A stretch of 64,000 bases of DNA from assembly GCA_965655095.1 (NCBI GenBank), contig OZ296659.1, forward strand, positions 45,260,001 to 45,324,000, in the 5' to 3' direction. Of the stretch, positions 35,946 to 49,900 are shown one piece after another (positions within the stretch are counted from its first letter, which is position 1; each line of letters begins with the position of its first letter). Source of the DNA: Haplodiscus bocki (lineage: Eukaryota). A model generated the notes under the pieces. It searched no databases, was not told the DNA's origin, and saw nothing but the letters and a program-made list of their open reading frames with translations. Made by a program: the position numbers and the translations under genes.

Positions 35946-36499
35946 TTACTTTTTATACAGGAAACTGCTCAAAAATCTACCTATTTTCGAACAAATTTGG
36001 TCCAAATATTTTTTTGTGATAGCCCTTGTCTGAAAGTTATGAAATCTAACGAATCGACAGGTAGCGGGTAGGAATCTCAGAAAAAGCCATGCTTTTAGAT
36101 TTTGTTTTGAAACTGCGAAAATTAATATTAATAACAAAATCAACTCCGTCCTATCAGTATTTTGTAGCCGTACAGGCGGCGCCGACTGTAGCCATTCTTG
36201 ACTTGATTTTCATGAATCACTTTTTTGTTTTGCTAGTAATTAATTGATTTTTAACTTTTATTTATTAAGTAGCTTGTGACTTTGAAAGTGGACTTCTCGC
36301 TATTCTACTTGAAAAAACTTGGAGGAGTCACCAGTGTGATTAATTTGCTTTAAAAGTACTTCGTTGAAGACAAAGGTGCCGGGCAGAAATTCAAAAGCGG
36401 TCGCTCATGCTGGCTGTAAGTAAAACTTGGACTAAAATGCAACGTTGAAGACGATAGTGATTTCCTTATAAAACTCAATTGGAAAATTTGTATTGTTTG

Positions 36500-38600
36500 T
36501 ATGTGATGTGATGTCATGGAATCTGGGTGTTTTTTTCACTCGTGTTTTAGGTTTATTTTTCAAAGGTGACAATTTTAAGGGCGCGTGTGGTCGTTTTACT
36601 TCCTTCTTGGTTGTAATTATATATATGTATCGTTGTTTACGTTATCAACTTCTAGAATCGGACTAGTTTAACGTCTAGCAGGAGTAAATGGATATAATTG
36701 ACATTGGAAATAGCATAGTATTCGAGACTATACGTGACATGGGTCTTTTATCGAACATGGCATAAAAATCCGAACTTTGAAAAAGCTGTTTTTGTGTGAA
36801 GTTATCATTTTGTTGAAAAAGTTCCGATGGTATTGCGGTTTCATTCAAGCATGGGAGTCTTTGCTTCAGAAATTTGCCTCTAATCGGTTCACTGTATTAG
36901 CTTCAATTAACTTCGTGCAAGCAGCAGTGAAAAAAAATACCCGACACGGTTAGGGGAAAAGGTCTTATCTTATGAATTTAAGAAAAAAGGAAGAAATGAG
37001 GAACGCCAACTGGATACGAATGTGCAAATTTTTGCTGGTTAAAGAATGTTCCTTTTAAATTTGAATAACTTTTCTGGTAGATAGTAACGTGGAAACTTGT
37101 GAATAGAGTAAATACATCAATCAACTATTGTACAAGAATAGTTAATAAATTGTAACTGAAAACCAGGTGTTGGTAACTAACTATTGTTTTCCAGATTCAA
37201 AATCATGGTAGTCTCAGCGTCCTCATTACAATCAGCCCCGAAATCCAAATTCGTCAAAATTTACGAAGATTTTTTCAAAGTAAGATTCATTCAATTCGAT
37301 TCTCAGTTCTGGACACGATTTCCTCCTGTAAAATGTTATAGCTTGCAAATGTGTACGTTTCAGGGTTTGGATCCATCGGAAGGTCGTCCTAATTTCTGGA
37401 ATACTTTATTCCTCATCAGGGTCGATGTGGCTTACTTGGAGTCTGAACTGGCTGCCCTCTCTACCGATCAGCTCTATATACTAAAGGTAGGAGCAAGGCA
37501 AGCTGCTAATCATGTATTGTCACATATTTTGGAATGCCACTGTATTTTGCTTCTTTACCAGTGATTTCATTTATCTCATTCGTGCAATTTGAACTTTCGT
37601 CGTAAACACAAGGTTTTTCCAAAAAAAATGAATTGAAGGTTAAGAGAAATCCCAATGCACCAGACAATTTTTTATCATTCGGCATTGAAAACCACACTGA
37701 GAGCGACCGCTTCTTAACCTTCACAGCTTCTTGGAAAGAGATGTTTTTGTGATATGACATCTTCAAATTCAAATTTTTCAGGCTTTGAAAAATCAAAGCA
37801 AATGTTCGCTGCGCGATTTTTTTTTTAAAAAAAATGCATTTTTCTCCATTTCCGAACCCCAATAATTTAAGGAAGCGGTTGTAGTCCAATCACAAGCTAA
37901 TCTTCTTCAATCAGTTGTTTATGGGTACAATATTTCCCAAATAATTATTCTACTTTTAACATTGCGGCATCAAAGTTGGATGGAAATCCCGCTAGTGGAA
38001 TCTGTAAGATTTTGTATTAAACGGAAGAAAAAACACCCACACGCGCTGATTGAGTTTCTTCGAGTTGTATTGTTCTGCAGACAAATCATAGACACTGTGA
38101 TGTTTTCTGTCAATAGATATTGAAAGATGATCAAAAGAAACTAAAATAAATAACTTTGAGGAGGCAGATTTTGATGAATATTTCTGGGGAAAAGTGATTT
38201 TGAATACGAAGAAAAATCAGCATTGATTGCAATTGTTGCCATATTCGGCCTATGGAAGTGGAAGAAACTACATTGTAGCAACTATGTCAAGTTTTTTTCA
38301 CCAAACCACTAAATCTATGTCACGATAATTCTGCCTCATTACCTCACTGCATGCAGTTACATAAAATTTTGCTGAAGTAGAATGTCCACGTTAGCTGCAT
38401 GTCCGCTTTTAAGTTGGATCATGACTGACCTTGCATATAGTTTTTTCAAGTAAATTAATATCGTGAAGTTGTTTTTTTTTCCAAGAATTCTCGTTTTCAC
38501 ATTTCAAATTAATTGATTGACAACGAATCTGGAAAAATACAACCGAAAAAAAATGGAGTTCTTTCACTTTTTCTCAATTAGACCTTCAGTGCTAATCTCG
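36500..38600 (+). pseudogene. Highly degraded protein-primed PolB (possibly of Polinton C)
   Basis: LFLIRVDVAY (ILEVDLEY), GIENH...RFLTFTASW (GLxxxKIHRxLxFxQSxW), FFLKKMHFSPF (FFKLMNNSxFG) and IDTV (DTDS), in the expected order. Confidence 0.4.
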
Positions 38601-40449
38601 GGTCCTGTCCCATATTTTAATTCTTATGTAGTTCCAGTCATTTTCAGCTAGTAATTTAAGATATTCTACAAACATGAAATTTGTCCCAATTTCAACGACC
38701 GAAGGAAACATATCCGAGGAAGTGTAAAAAGCAGCACAGATTCTTTTATAGGACGAAGTGACTCGAGTAAACCCCTCTTGTTTTTACGTTTACTGATGTT
38801 CAATTCCATGTCCGGTGCAGCAATTTTGCATTAAAACCCAGAATTGATCAAAAAATAATTATATCTATCGGTACAAAGTCGCGTTTTCGTTAAGTTTGTC
38901 ATGTTCGCTTGTCAAATTAACTTAGACTAAATGAAACGACCGAACATTGTGTTTTTCAGTGTACAAAAAATTCAAATTAACGAGAGATGATAATGAGAAT
39001 TTTGCTTGAAAAGCATTGATATCGGTGACGCTCACGTTGTATTCCGGGATTCTTTTTTTACGACCCATTCTGTGATCCCGATACCTGGAAATGCGTTGTG
39101 TTTGAGCCCTACTAGTGTAGTAAGTTCCTATTTAGCTCGTTGTGTGATTCCTGTGAGTTCATAAGGTTTTCATTCGATGTTTACGTGCCAAATACGTCAT
39201 TTTATGGAAAATACCTCGCAGGGTTGCCTTTCGACAGCCTACTTTCCTCCCCATCCACTGGGAAGCTGAATTTCTGGCATTGGCGAAATGGCACTGAGCT
39301 AAATTGATCCATGTTTAGCTATAGTGGTGCTTCCGCAATTTTTCTCCCGTGGTGATAGCGGCAAATCCACTGGTACTGAGATTTGAGTTGATTTATTCTG
39401 CAGTTTGGCGAAAATATGGAAAAATGGCGGAAAGTTTCTGCAAGTCTTATTCCGTTTGGTTATCTTTGTAGGCACAGAGGTTTTCTTGCTTTTGAATTTA
39501 CCTTTTTCAAAGCTTTATTCGAGTCTCGCAAAGGACCGAATTTTGATAGAAGGAGAAAAATCTTGGTTGGTAGTTTTCAAAGGTCTCCTGGAAGTTTGAA
39601 TTTGCCGGTTGAGACCTTGATGGAAGAGATCCACCCTGTAGTGTCGGAGGTTATATCGTTTCAAAATATCGAAAAATCATTTTTTTTCACTCTTAGGCAT
39701 TTTCAACTTATAAGGTTTTGAATGCTAGGAAAACAACTGGAAAATAATATTTTTGGGAAGCCCTATGCAAGTGGCATTTTGTCTTTCGAGACCTTCATGG
39801 ATTGAATTCAACAGTTTTTCCAAGCCAAATTATTGTGAATTTCGGAAATTTAATAAATGCCTTTTTTTGGCTGATTGGGCTTATCAGGTTTTTAATGAAT
39901 TCAGGGAAACCGCATTTAGTGATACCATTGAAAACTTTTTACAATTGGAATTTCGTCATTTCAGACCTCGAAGAAAAATTCTAACCGGCAGTTTATGGGA
40001 AAAGTCAATATGTATTCGGATCGAAATCAATATCTCTTGCGTTTTTGTCTTTCCTGGTCCATAGGTTTCCGATGCAGGGAAAATGTTTTTCCTGATTTTG
40101 TTAGATCGAGGCCGGTGTTGACGGAGTATTTAGAAAAAAATGCACTTTTTGAAAAATGAAATTTAATTTGTATAGTTTTTATAATTTTCGTAAAGACCAA
40201 AAATTCTCGGACGTCACAGAAAGTAAAACGTTCGAAAAAAAACGAAAACAACATATCCAAAAATCTCAAAATTTCTCGGAAAAATTTCTCTCTTGCCCTG
40301 CACAAATTACACAAAAACCAGTCAAAATGTTCTATAGCTCAACTTTCAGCTGCATGAAATTTTACAAAATGTCAAGGAGAAATCAAAATGGGAACTGTTG
40401 GAAAGTTTTATTTTTTGTAGCTGAAATGGACGAAAATTGAAATGAGTTG

Positions 40450-41400
40450 AATTAAAGTTTGGTCGTTGTGGATCGAACGTGGGCCTTCGTTGCGACCGAA
40501 GGCGGGTAATTGTCTGCCATTGTCGTAGATCACTAAGCTATAGACGCAAGAAATCGGGACGATGAAACAAAGCTACTGCTTACTTGAGAAAGTAACTTTG
40601 AATTGAAAAACTAGCGTAGAAAAAAATCTACATACTGAATTGAAGATTTGGTTCTGGTAATTTACGACGTAAAATACTAATAATACCGTAATCATCAGTG
40701 ACAACGGCACTAGCTTCGTGGGTTTTGCGCGTGAATTCAAGGAACTGGCCAAGGAATGGAATCAGACAGCCTTTCACCTCAGTTTGGCACATCACCGTGT
40801 GATCTGGTAGTTCAATCCTCCTGGGGCACCTCACTTTGGTGGCGTATGGGAAAGACTGGTTCGCAGTTGCAATAAAGCGATGTATTCCATAATGGGATCC
40901 AGAGGCTTGACTCTGCCAGTACTGACTACCACTTTGTGTTTTATGGAACAAACACTCAACGGACGACCACTTCTTCCTGTCAACGATGATCCTGAGGATC
41001 TGGAAGCTTTGACACCGAATCATTTTTTTCTGGGTTACAGAGTTGTGGCATAACCATTGTTACATGATGCAAACAGATACGTGGATTGCCAAAAATGTAC
41101 AAAGTAGCTCAAAGCTACAATGAGATGATCCGGAAGCACTGGAGTAATGAGTGTGTACCTCAGTGCACCGTGCGCTCCAAGTGGTTGAAATCAGAGCGAC
41201 GTGATCTCAATGTTCGGGACTAAGTACGGATTGTCGATTAATCGATAAAGAAAACATTCTATATGATGGCACGAGTTTTGGAAGTGAACCCTGGATCCGA
41301 CGGCATTGTTAGATCTGCTAGGATCAAAACTGAAAGTCGAAAACTCCAGAGACCACTGACGAAACTAACAACTGTATTCTACCAATGTTTTCGGACTGAA
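40450..41400 (+). mobile_element. BEL/Pao LTR retrotransposon 3' fragment (integrase core plus C-terminal domain)
   Basis: IISDNGTSFVG, FNPPGAPHFGGVWERLVRS, LNGRPL, LEALTPNHF, ARVLEVNPGSDGIVRSARIKT, RPLTKL; followed by a purine-rich tract and a probable LTR start near 41414. Confidence 0.9.
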
Positions 41401-43749
41401 GACAGGGCCGGCAATATTGGCGCCACCACCTAATTTTCAACATAAACACCTAATTAGTTAAATTTGGTTGACAGTTGAAGAACTTATTGGGGCATGGCAT
41501 TGAACCTACTGTATTTCCCTAGAATTCTGTCAGATGAGACTTTGAAAAGCCTTGAATAACTTCAGAAACCTTCATTTTTTGAAAACTTAGTCAAAAGGTC
41601 AGGAAACTCCTATTTTGACATTCTTTTTTTGGACGCCCCCTTTCAAGGTTCAATATTAAGAAATGTGACCATCCCCAACTACAATCCTTGGATTTTCTGC
41701 AGAACTTGGCCTAAGCGATTTCTGAATTCCTCATTTATTCTTCAGTTTGACTCGTTTCAAACCAGCTGACTTGTATTGTGACCTTGTGAATCGTTACTTC
41801 ACCCAAAACAATGCCGTTTGTATGACGTTAACAACGCGTCACTCATACTATGCTAGAAACAAGCTCCTTACTCTAATAAACAATCTAATTGTAGGCGATT
41901 TGGCAATTTTGCCTTCTTTTACTTTTTTGGACCTATTTAAACCTGAGAGTATAGAAAATTTCTAAAGTCGAGCCTTTGACCTTCATATAATACAAAATTT
42001 TCCCTTTAAGATGCGAAAGCCGCGCTAGTAGTGCACTTTTGCTTTATTTTTCTAGTAAATTGCACTATAAACTGTCGTACCAGACGTCTCAAATTGAATC
42101 TCATTATTTAGAAAATAACCGGTTTATGTGAATAACTTATCGATTTCATTGACGTGATAAAGTTTGTTTTTGAATTTTTTGTTTCTTCAAAGAGTACTAA
42201 AATAAAACCACGTAATATTGCGAATACAGAAATCACGTTTTAGGAAAGCAATTCCTCTATTACTTTCGCTCTGCAATAAATTGTAATTTAGTTTGCTTCA
42301 AGGACATGTGAAGTTCAAAATTTATGGAGAGTCTACCTAATTTAGTACTTTTTCACTCATCTTGATTGTGTATTTGTACTAGTAACTCTGAACTTGTTGG
42401 TCTTTTAATATAGGAGGTGCATATACAACGCCATAATGGCACCAGAATATATTTTATCACGTTTGTAATAATTAACTCCGGATGTCAATAATGGTAAACG
42501 TCAAACTTGGTGACTCATATTTGTTTTGTATGCTAAATTATCTTATCTCTACTTCGGATTGTCTACACACTGGACTCACTCCTTCCAAGTATCACGCGAA
42601 GAATTTTTATCGACTATTCAAGTGAAGATGTGAGCTTTGACCAGATATTACCAGCTGTAAAAATTCAAAACTTCTGATAATAAGTCAAAAGAAAATTTGA
42701 TTGCTCCAATGCAGAGTCGAATTTTTCTTCGAAGCATTTCTCCAGTTTCAGGCAAGAAAGACATGGATTTTGATCAACGGTAGGATCTTATCAGTACCGC
42801 TTGCGGCTAAAAGATTTTTAAGACAAATTTTCGACAGCAATAGCCAGTGGGCTCTTTTCCAAAAGTGTTCAGATACAGTCCTTTTTGAAGCTGGACTGCT
42901 TGAGATTGTTCGATCAGGCAGTCATTAATTAGGGCCCGCGTTATTCTTGGATTTCTTGTGCTTCAAGGCAGCAGTTACAATTGGTCCTCCGGACCCTGCT
43001 TAATCTGACTAGTTTTGCGGGAAACCTTTCTTGCATCAAGGCGGGCAAGTCAATCGTCGGTGTACCAAAAGAAGTAACAGACGATAGTTGGTACCGGAAT
43101 CCAAACAGAGACAAGGAACTGACGAAAAGTGAACATCTTCCAAAATGGCAGACCTTTGTGGATAATATGTTCGTTTTTTTTTAGAGTTTATTAACATTCT
43201 TGGAACTTATCCTGGTTTTAGTTTGAAGATCTACGAAGGACCTGACTTCAGATGGGTCAATTTGGTTGAACACTATCAGTTGTATCTTTCCCTTTCGGAT
43301 AAAATCAACGATCTTCGCAACCGAGGACTGAATCTTTTGAAGTCAAGACCAGCTGTGACGCTCAGAAGGAAGCTTCAGTCTGTACAAAACGAAGTATTAG
43401 TATTCCTTTGCAAATGGGTAGAACTCAACGAGTGTCTTTGAACTATTATGAGCTGAACTATATGTCCTGAAACCAAATATTTCAGCTGGCATACGCCAGC
43501 TCCTTATGATCGCCCATCGTTCTTTAACATATCGTTCACAGCTCGCAAATGTTCCGGCCTTTTTCTCTTGCTGGATTCTGTTACGTTGATCTTAGTTGTT
43601 TCTGGCTCAAATATTTTTATGGCAATTTTTTTTTGCGTCGAATTGTTCGTTTTAGCCTGTTGAACTACGTAAGGGAATCTAATTTCACAGTCGAAGACTG
43701 TCCACTTTCATTTACGACGTTCTTTTTGCAAAAAGTTGTCCTTTCATAC

Positions 43750-46700
43750 TACTTGAAGTTCGGGTTATTTTCAAAGGCTTTCTCTTCATTCAATTATGTT
43801 TTTCTTTGCATCTGTTGGATTAAAGCCATCGTGGGCTCAATGATAAGCGCATCCAGAAGCATTAAAATTTTTTTCGATAAGTTTTGAAACTGTTGCATAT
43901 TTTCTAAAAGATAAAACTTCAGCTTGTCAGGAAAATTGAGTTTGTTCCTCCAAGTTATCGACGAATTGGATACCGTGTCGGTTGTCAGCTTTGCAAACAC
44001 TGCTTCGCATTTGCGTAACATTTGCGAGTTGAGCGAAGGAAGTGCGTTACGCTCGACGAATACCTTTTTTCCACTGGGTCAAATTTGCAATATCCAAGAT
44101 TCTGAAATGGTTTTCGATTTGAGTAGGTTTCGAACTGCAACTTCTCACTCAAGACGCTTTTCGTCTACCGACTGCTGTATCGACTCCTGAAAGATTACAG
44201 AAACAACTCGTAAAATTGCATGATACTGCTCCGTTTCTTTTCGGAATTCTTTTTTGAGAATAGTTTAATCGTGCATTATTATTTTCGCCCTTATTCGTAA
44301 TATGGAAGGAAAATCATCCATTCAACGCGGACGTATTTTTTTCACGGTCAGTTACCAATTGATAATGTCCGACCTAAATGTCCGATTTTGAGTTTGAGAA
44401 TTTTTGCCACCAAGTTATCGCAATTTGGCCGTAGAATGCGACTTGAAAAGTAAGATTTCCAGAACTGTACGAAGCTTCATCTATTTTTGGGGAGGGAGAG
44501 GAAGGGTGGTTTGGGTTTTTCAGAAAAGCGTGGTTTTTTTCGAAATCCTTAATGGTAACAAATTTGCTATAGAATCAGTAGAAAAGGATAACACTTCTGC
44601 AAAAATGTTTTTTTTTACCACCCAATTTTCGAAACTCAAAAATCTCCTGAAGAAAGAATGTATCTGGAGAAAAACGCTTTTAACCTTCTAAAAAGCATGT
44701 CCCATAAGTTAGAGGGCAGAAAAGATGCTAATAATAGCCGGGTGTCGTGCTAAATACTATCAATTGGATAATGACCGTTCTAAGATTTTTTATGGGAGGA
44801 TGGCTTTTTTTGAGTGAAGCGGTCTTCATATTTAATGATTTTCCCGCGACAAAACCTTAAGTGTAAGTGAACATTTAATTTTTCCATTTACGTAAGTAGT
44901 TAAAACTGTTTTTCTCACCGATTAATGGTCGGCTACAGTTGTCAATCACTCATGCATTTGCGCACCCGATGGTTCGGCGAAGTGGCGTGCATAATCTTAT
45001 CACGTTTTTCTTGCGAAAAAGTGACTCGAAGTTGAAAAGTCGCAGACGTTTTTTTCTGTGTTCGTTAAAATCGGTTTCTTCATTAACTGCTTGTTGTATT
45101 CGGCCCACATAGCATTTATAAAACTACTTGCAGGTTCTATCAAGTTGCTCTGAAACATTCTTGAATTTTTTGGGATTGATCTGGACTTCAAATTGAAGGA
45201 ATGAAGTTGTTTTTACTTTGATTGCTCGTTGAGGTTTTTTTCTGTTTGGGTAATGGTCAGATAGGCTCCATTGAGCGTCAATTCAAGGAGCAGTACACCA
45301 GAGTTTTTGCGGTGTGGCTCGGTGTTGTTTTTCAAAATTTCGAATGCGATTGAGCTTGACTTCTGATCGAAAAGTTGAAGATGTTTTTTCCTTACGTAGC
45401 TCATTAAAATCAGTCCCATCTATCAATTATGGTCAAATTGGCTGCAGCCGCCGTTGGTTCGAGTAGCTCTGGCCTGGATTTTCTGCGAGGGAGCTTAGAA
45501 GTCCTTTTTTCACGTCTGATTTTGAGACTCAAATTTGAAAAATGGAGTTGTTTTTTCTTTCGTTTTTCGTTAAAATTGTTTTCCTCTGTGACCGTTGGTG
45601 GAAATTAGCCTTTCCAGTGCTGTTTCCTTTACTTGGGTTCTGAAGCGCTTTAATGCGTTTGTGTTCACGTTGTCGAAAAAGTGACTTGAAACTGAAGTTT
45701 TGAAGTTGTTTTGACTTGCGTTGTTCGTAGACTTTGTTTTTATCACTGACAGGAGGTTGTCGTGTGTACACTTTAGTCTCTTCCGATTACTCTCTGGTTG
45801 ATGCTTCAGTTGAAAATAGAGAAAAGTGTTTTGTCTTTCTGGTTCAAGGAATTGTTCTTTGTAGGTGAAAAGGCTTGAGTGTTCTTCACAGCCAGTTGTT
45901 TGATCAGATCATCCTGATCCAGGGTTATTTCGATTTCTCTTGTTTTTGTTCCTTTGCACCCTAATATCTGATTTTCAAGCAAAGAGTTTTAAAATTTCGT
46001 CAAACGCCTGCTTAATGGTGATTAATGGTTGTATTGTTGCCATCCAGCGCTCAATCGACTACCCGGTTCCTCAAGAATTAGTGTAGTGTCAGAGATTGTT
46101 TTTTTGTATATTTTTTCTGGTGATACGTTTTCCGAACACTACTTGATGGCACATTTCCACGCTGTCCGAGAGCTTTCGCATAGATGATTTTTCACGCTGT
46201 GCCATTTTTAAGCACTTCGATCCGCTGTTATTGCTTATTGCGCAGCTTTGCAGGCTATGCAGTTCAATTGGAATGCAGCAGCATGATTTTCAGTCATCGA
46301 AAATGATGTTCAGTCTGGGGTAATGTAGTTTAAATTATTTTTGCAATAAATGTGGGCTCGTTCGTTTTCCCGCTGTTTCAAAATCTCTCCGGTAGGAATT
46401 TGTTTTGGAGATGTTTGTGACGCCCAACTTCGCTTTCGTGTTAAACTTAACTCAGTAAGTGTTTTTTCAGAAGCTTTTGTCGCTTTTTTCCGCTCCGTTC
46501 AATACTGCCTAAATTTCCGAGTTTTTAACCAAAGAGGAAGCCGTATCGAGAGTTCGAACATAGGACCTTGCATCGGCTTTTCAGCTGTTAAATAATACAC
46601 TGGTGAAGTTTGGCGGAATATTCATTTCGCTTTCTTGTTCGGGTTCTTTTGCTAGTGCGTGTTTGAAAAGTTCGAAATGAATGGTATGCGGAGTTAATGG

Positions 46701-49700
46701 TATAACTTCACTAAATTTGTCGGCCAATTGCCGATTTTTTACTATAAAATCGTTTCCTTATTATTTTTCTTGAGTAATTTTTTTCCGAATTTGTCGACTA
46801 TAGATTTAAAAGCTCATCAACGACAGACTTTAATTTCCAAAAGTTTCAATGGAACAAAATTGCTGTTTAATGGTCAATTTCAGAAAAATATTTTGACCTC
46901 TTTCTCCAAAGGTGTTTTTCCCAAATTTTTTCGATCCGATCGCAGCTATCGAGTGCTCAATAAAAAGCCGGCATTCTAGAGAATTCGCGCAGAAACAGAC
47001 AGGTCCTGTTTCAGTCTGCATTACTCTACATATTGATTGTTTGTATTGTATTGTAAAACTCTGTTACTTGGAAGTTTTTTCTTTCGAAGATTTCAGGCTC
47101 GACTGCTGACAACTAAGACTCTCTTGGAGGGTATATTGGGGTAACTGGAAGAGGCGGATGTGCTGTTTCTTACTTTCCACGGGAAATTTCTTGATTTGTT
47201 GTTTGGAGTTCGGAAAATGTTTTTTTTTTCAATGTCGGTTTTCTGAGAAACTGCTTGCTTAATTGCGACTTTCTGACTGTCTGATGCTCATTCGAAAGTC
47301 CGCAGTGTAAAGAAGATTTGAAAAGCAGGCATATCTTTTTTTACTTTTTCTCTTTAGGCCTGAAATATTTTGACTAGGGTTTTTGTATTTCTGAAAATAT
47401 AGCTTGCATCTTGTTTCAAAGTTGTTTTTCTCAAAGGACTGCTGAGGGATTTCAGCCATTTTTTTTTATTAAAGAACGCAATGTGGAGTTTCTGGGAAAA
47501 AGAAGTCTTGTTTCACTTGCTTATTTTTCTTGAATTTTTTGGACTTCCTTTTTGGAAATCTTTTGCCTGCGCTGTTTTTGAAAGTGATTGTTCTCGAAAA
47601 CCACGTGTCTAGTTGCAGTCATCTAGCGCTCTTTCAAATCACCTAATATGGAATTTCTGAGAAGACACAGACATGCACCGTTTTATGCTTTTCTGGGATT
47701 TTTTTAGATTTTAAATCTTTCACTTCTTTTTCAAACATTTTTCGGGACTATTGTTTGGATTGCGGCCATCAAGTGTTTAATTTGAATCCTGATAAGTAGG
47801 GTTGATTTTGAACAATTATTTCCCGTTTTTTCTCAGTGACAACATTTTTCTGTTCAAATTGCGTTGTTGAAAACTTAGAATCAATTCTGCAGTTTTCGAC
47901 CTTGGCCACTTAGTCGATGCCTTTCGTCAACTTCGTTGGAAGTGTATGCGAAGCGCAGCCAGCTTCGTCTCTGTGGAAGGACCAGTTGGTTATGGCGGCT
48001 TTTGATGGTTGTAAAGTGGGTTTTGTTTTGTTTCAGGATACCATCAACAGTATCTTCTACCACTGCGTGGAAGCCTTGTCCGAAAATCATCCCATCAGAA
48101 TCATTAATTCCATGCAGGTACTGAAAATGTTCTCATTTCCATTAACGATGTATGTATGACGTTTTAAGTTTACGCGTTGATGCCGGATGATAATCATTTG
48201 TCAATCTTATTCTAGGGGAATTTGTGGACAAGAAACCGCAGTTTTGTCCCAATCTATCTATTGATATTTGTATATTAAGTTAAAGCTTAGTCTGGTCAAA
48301 TAACCCTACAAGAATGCTTTGAAGATGGCTACAAGAAAGAACGTTTTGAAATACTTGGAATCGTCGACTTCCTTACAATTAACACGCGATACTCTTTCTA
48401 GCGAAGAAATGCTGAATATTGGCACAAATATTTTATGACTGGAGCTGAACGCTCACTGGAGTTCTCTTTTTCTGCGTCACGTCGCTGTTCAAAACGCATG
48501 TATAATGAGAGTAGCAGTAGTGGTAGAATAGTCTTTTGGCCAGGGCATTCCTGAAATGTGTTGCAGTGTGTTGAAAACTGCCTGCTGTGTCAAGTGACAC
48601 TGTTTGACGCTGTGTCAAATTGCCTAGCTTCTGAGGCAATCCCTAAAAACATGCTTGAGATGTATTACAGTTGATGTCTCGTCTCCACTATGTAATTTCT
48701 CCATGTGTGGCAAAATAAATACGGCTTTTGTTTGTTTCAGACTCTCAGTGTTTTGATCAGAGAAGTGACGAGAAAGTACAAAGGGTCTAACAGCGCCTAC
48801 GAACAAATCAACATTCTCATTGGATACGACTCGTCCGAAATGGTCGTCCCGGTGAGAACAAAAGAGTATCCTACATATCTATGAAGTCTTTCATTTCAAC
48901 TATTTGACATTGTAGTTTTTCGAAATAACCCCAGGGTGGCAAAAATTGCCAAGAAAAGCGAAAAATTATCAATTTTTGAAACTTTGGTCCTTTCCGGATT
49001 TCTGAAATCAATTTTCTTCCTTCCTTCGATTGGTCGCGCTGCCGGTCGTGATCAGAATTGTTGCAAAGGCTATTTTACTTTCACAGTTTTTTTTCGGGTT
49101 TCCAAATTTGAAGTGTTTGAGGAATAATGGCGCGTTGTTCGCGGAAAAAAAGTCAATTTTTTCCTTTCTCCGGAAAATGTCTTTTTTTTGTCAGTTGATC
49201 GGCTTCGCAGAATTACGATTGGCGTCCATCCACTTGAGATGGAGGAATTGAGATCCCTACAGTGCTTTGTTTTGCAATTTTGCCTTTCTGGATTGTACTA
49301 CTAAGTTGTGCCACAAAAATATGCATTCGAAAATTTGAGTTTTCTTCTTTCTTCAAAAAATGAACATTAGGCACACCATAGGGACGTCAAAGTTACCGAT
49401 TAGCTTGCATAGTGGTCAATGGTGAACCAAAATGCTTTTTGAGTGTATGCGACCATCCAATCAGTTTTGGGCTCTTGGAAGTTTCCTTGGCGGGTTACCA
49501 ACAGAAAAACTTCCGCAAAATTCAGGTAAAATCTGCTGCTTTTGGACAGTCTCTTGAACAGTATGGTGACAAACTGGGTTAATTCATACATGTTTTTTTT
49601 GGTTGCGTTGCGGGAAAGTCATAGTACATAGATTGAACCGTCAATATTTTTTCACGGTTTTCTCTGTATGAAATATCGTAGAAAACTACAGCAAGATGTT

Positions 49701-49900
49701 TCTTTTTCAATTTCACCAGACGTGATTCTTGAGGCGCTTCCGAGCAGTGGTCTCATGGTTTTATGTTCCTGCTGTGAATCATAGGATGGAATCAAATCTC
49801 TGTGTGAATCCAGAATAAATGGTTTTTTTAGCAGGACTGGTGCGATTAGAGGTTTTGTTATGAGAATGCTCAGTAACTTCAATTTTTTTCTGGTGTTGAT
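43750..49900 (-). mobile_element. Very degraded Polinton C structural/integration module (ATPase ~49400-49900, INT ~48150-48900, mCP ~46900-48100, PRO ~45950-46350, MCP ~43750-45420)
   Basis: LTQFVTILFK...TQKAFWFTID (ATPase); NVDLF...LSRH...EKLHSGDE (INT); SGSKC...IIYAKALG (protease); HLQLFDQKSSSIAFE...LLLEL and FINAMW (MCP N-terminus). All matches are weak. Confidence 0.45.
44276..44750 (-). mobile_element. HINE-like repeat copy 5 (interrupts the putative element C MCP)
   Basis: attattattttcgccc...aatatggaagg...aaatttgctatagaat...gccgggtgtcgtg. Confidence 0.7.

Noticed and set aside
39200-39400. dUTPase remnant
   Set aside because: The conserved dUTPase motifs were not found.
22750-44750. 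CRISPR array from the recurring gcattctacagcaaatttg motif
   Set aside because: Copies are dispersed, diverged and inside a eukaryotic repeat family; no regular spacers and no cas genes.
48430-48810. KDZ/CxC transposase
   Set aside because: The DxFH...NH motif is not convincingly present; the region fits a decayed Polinton integrase better.
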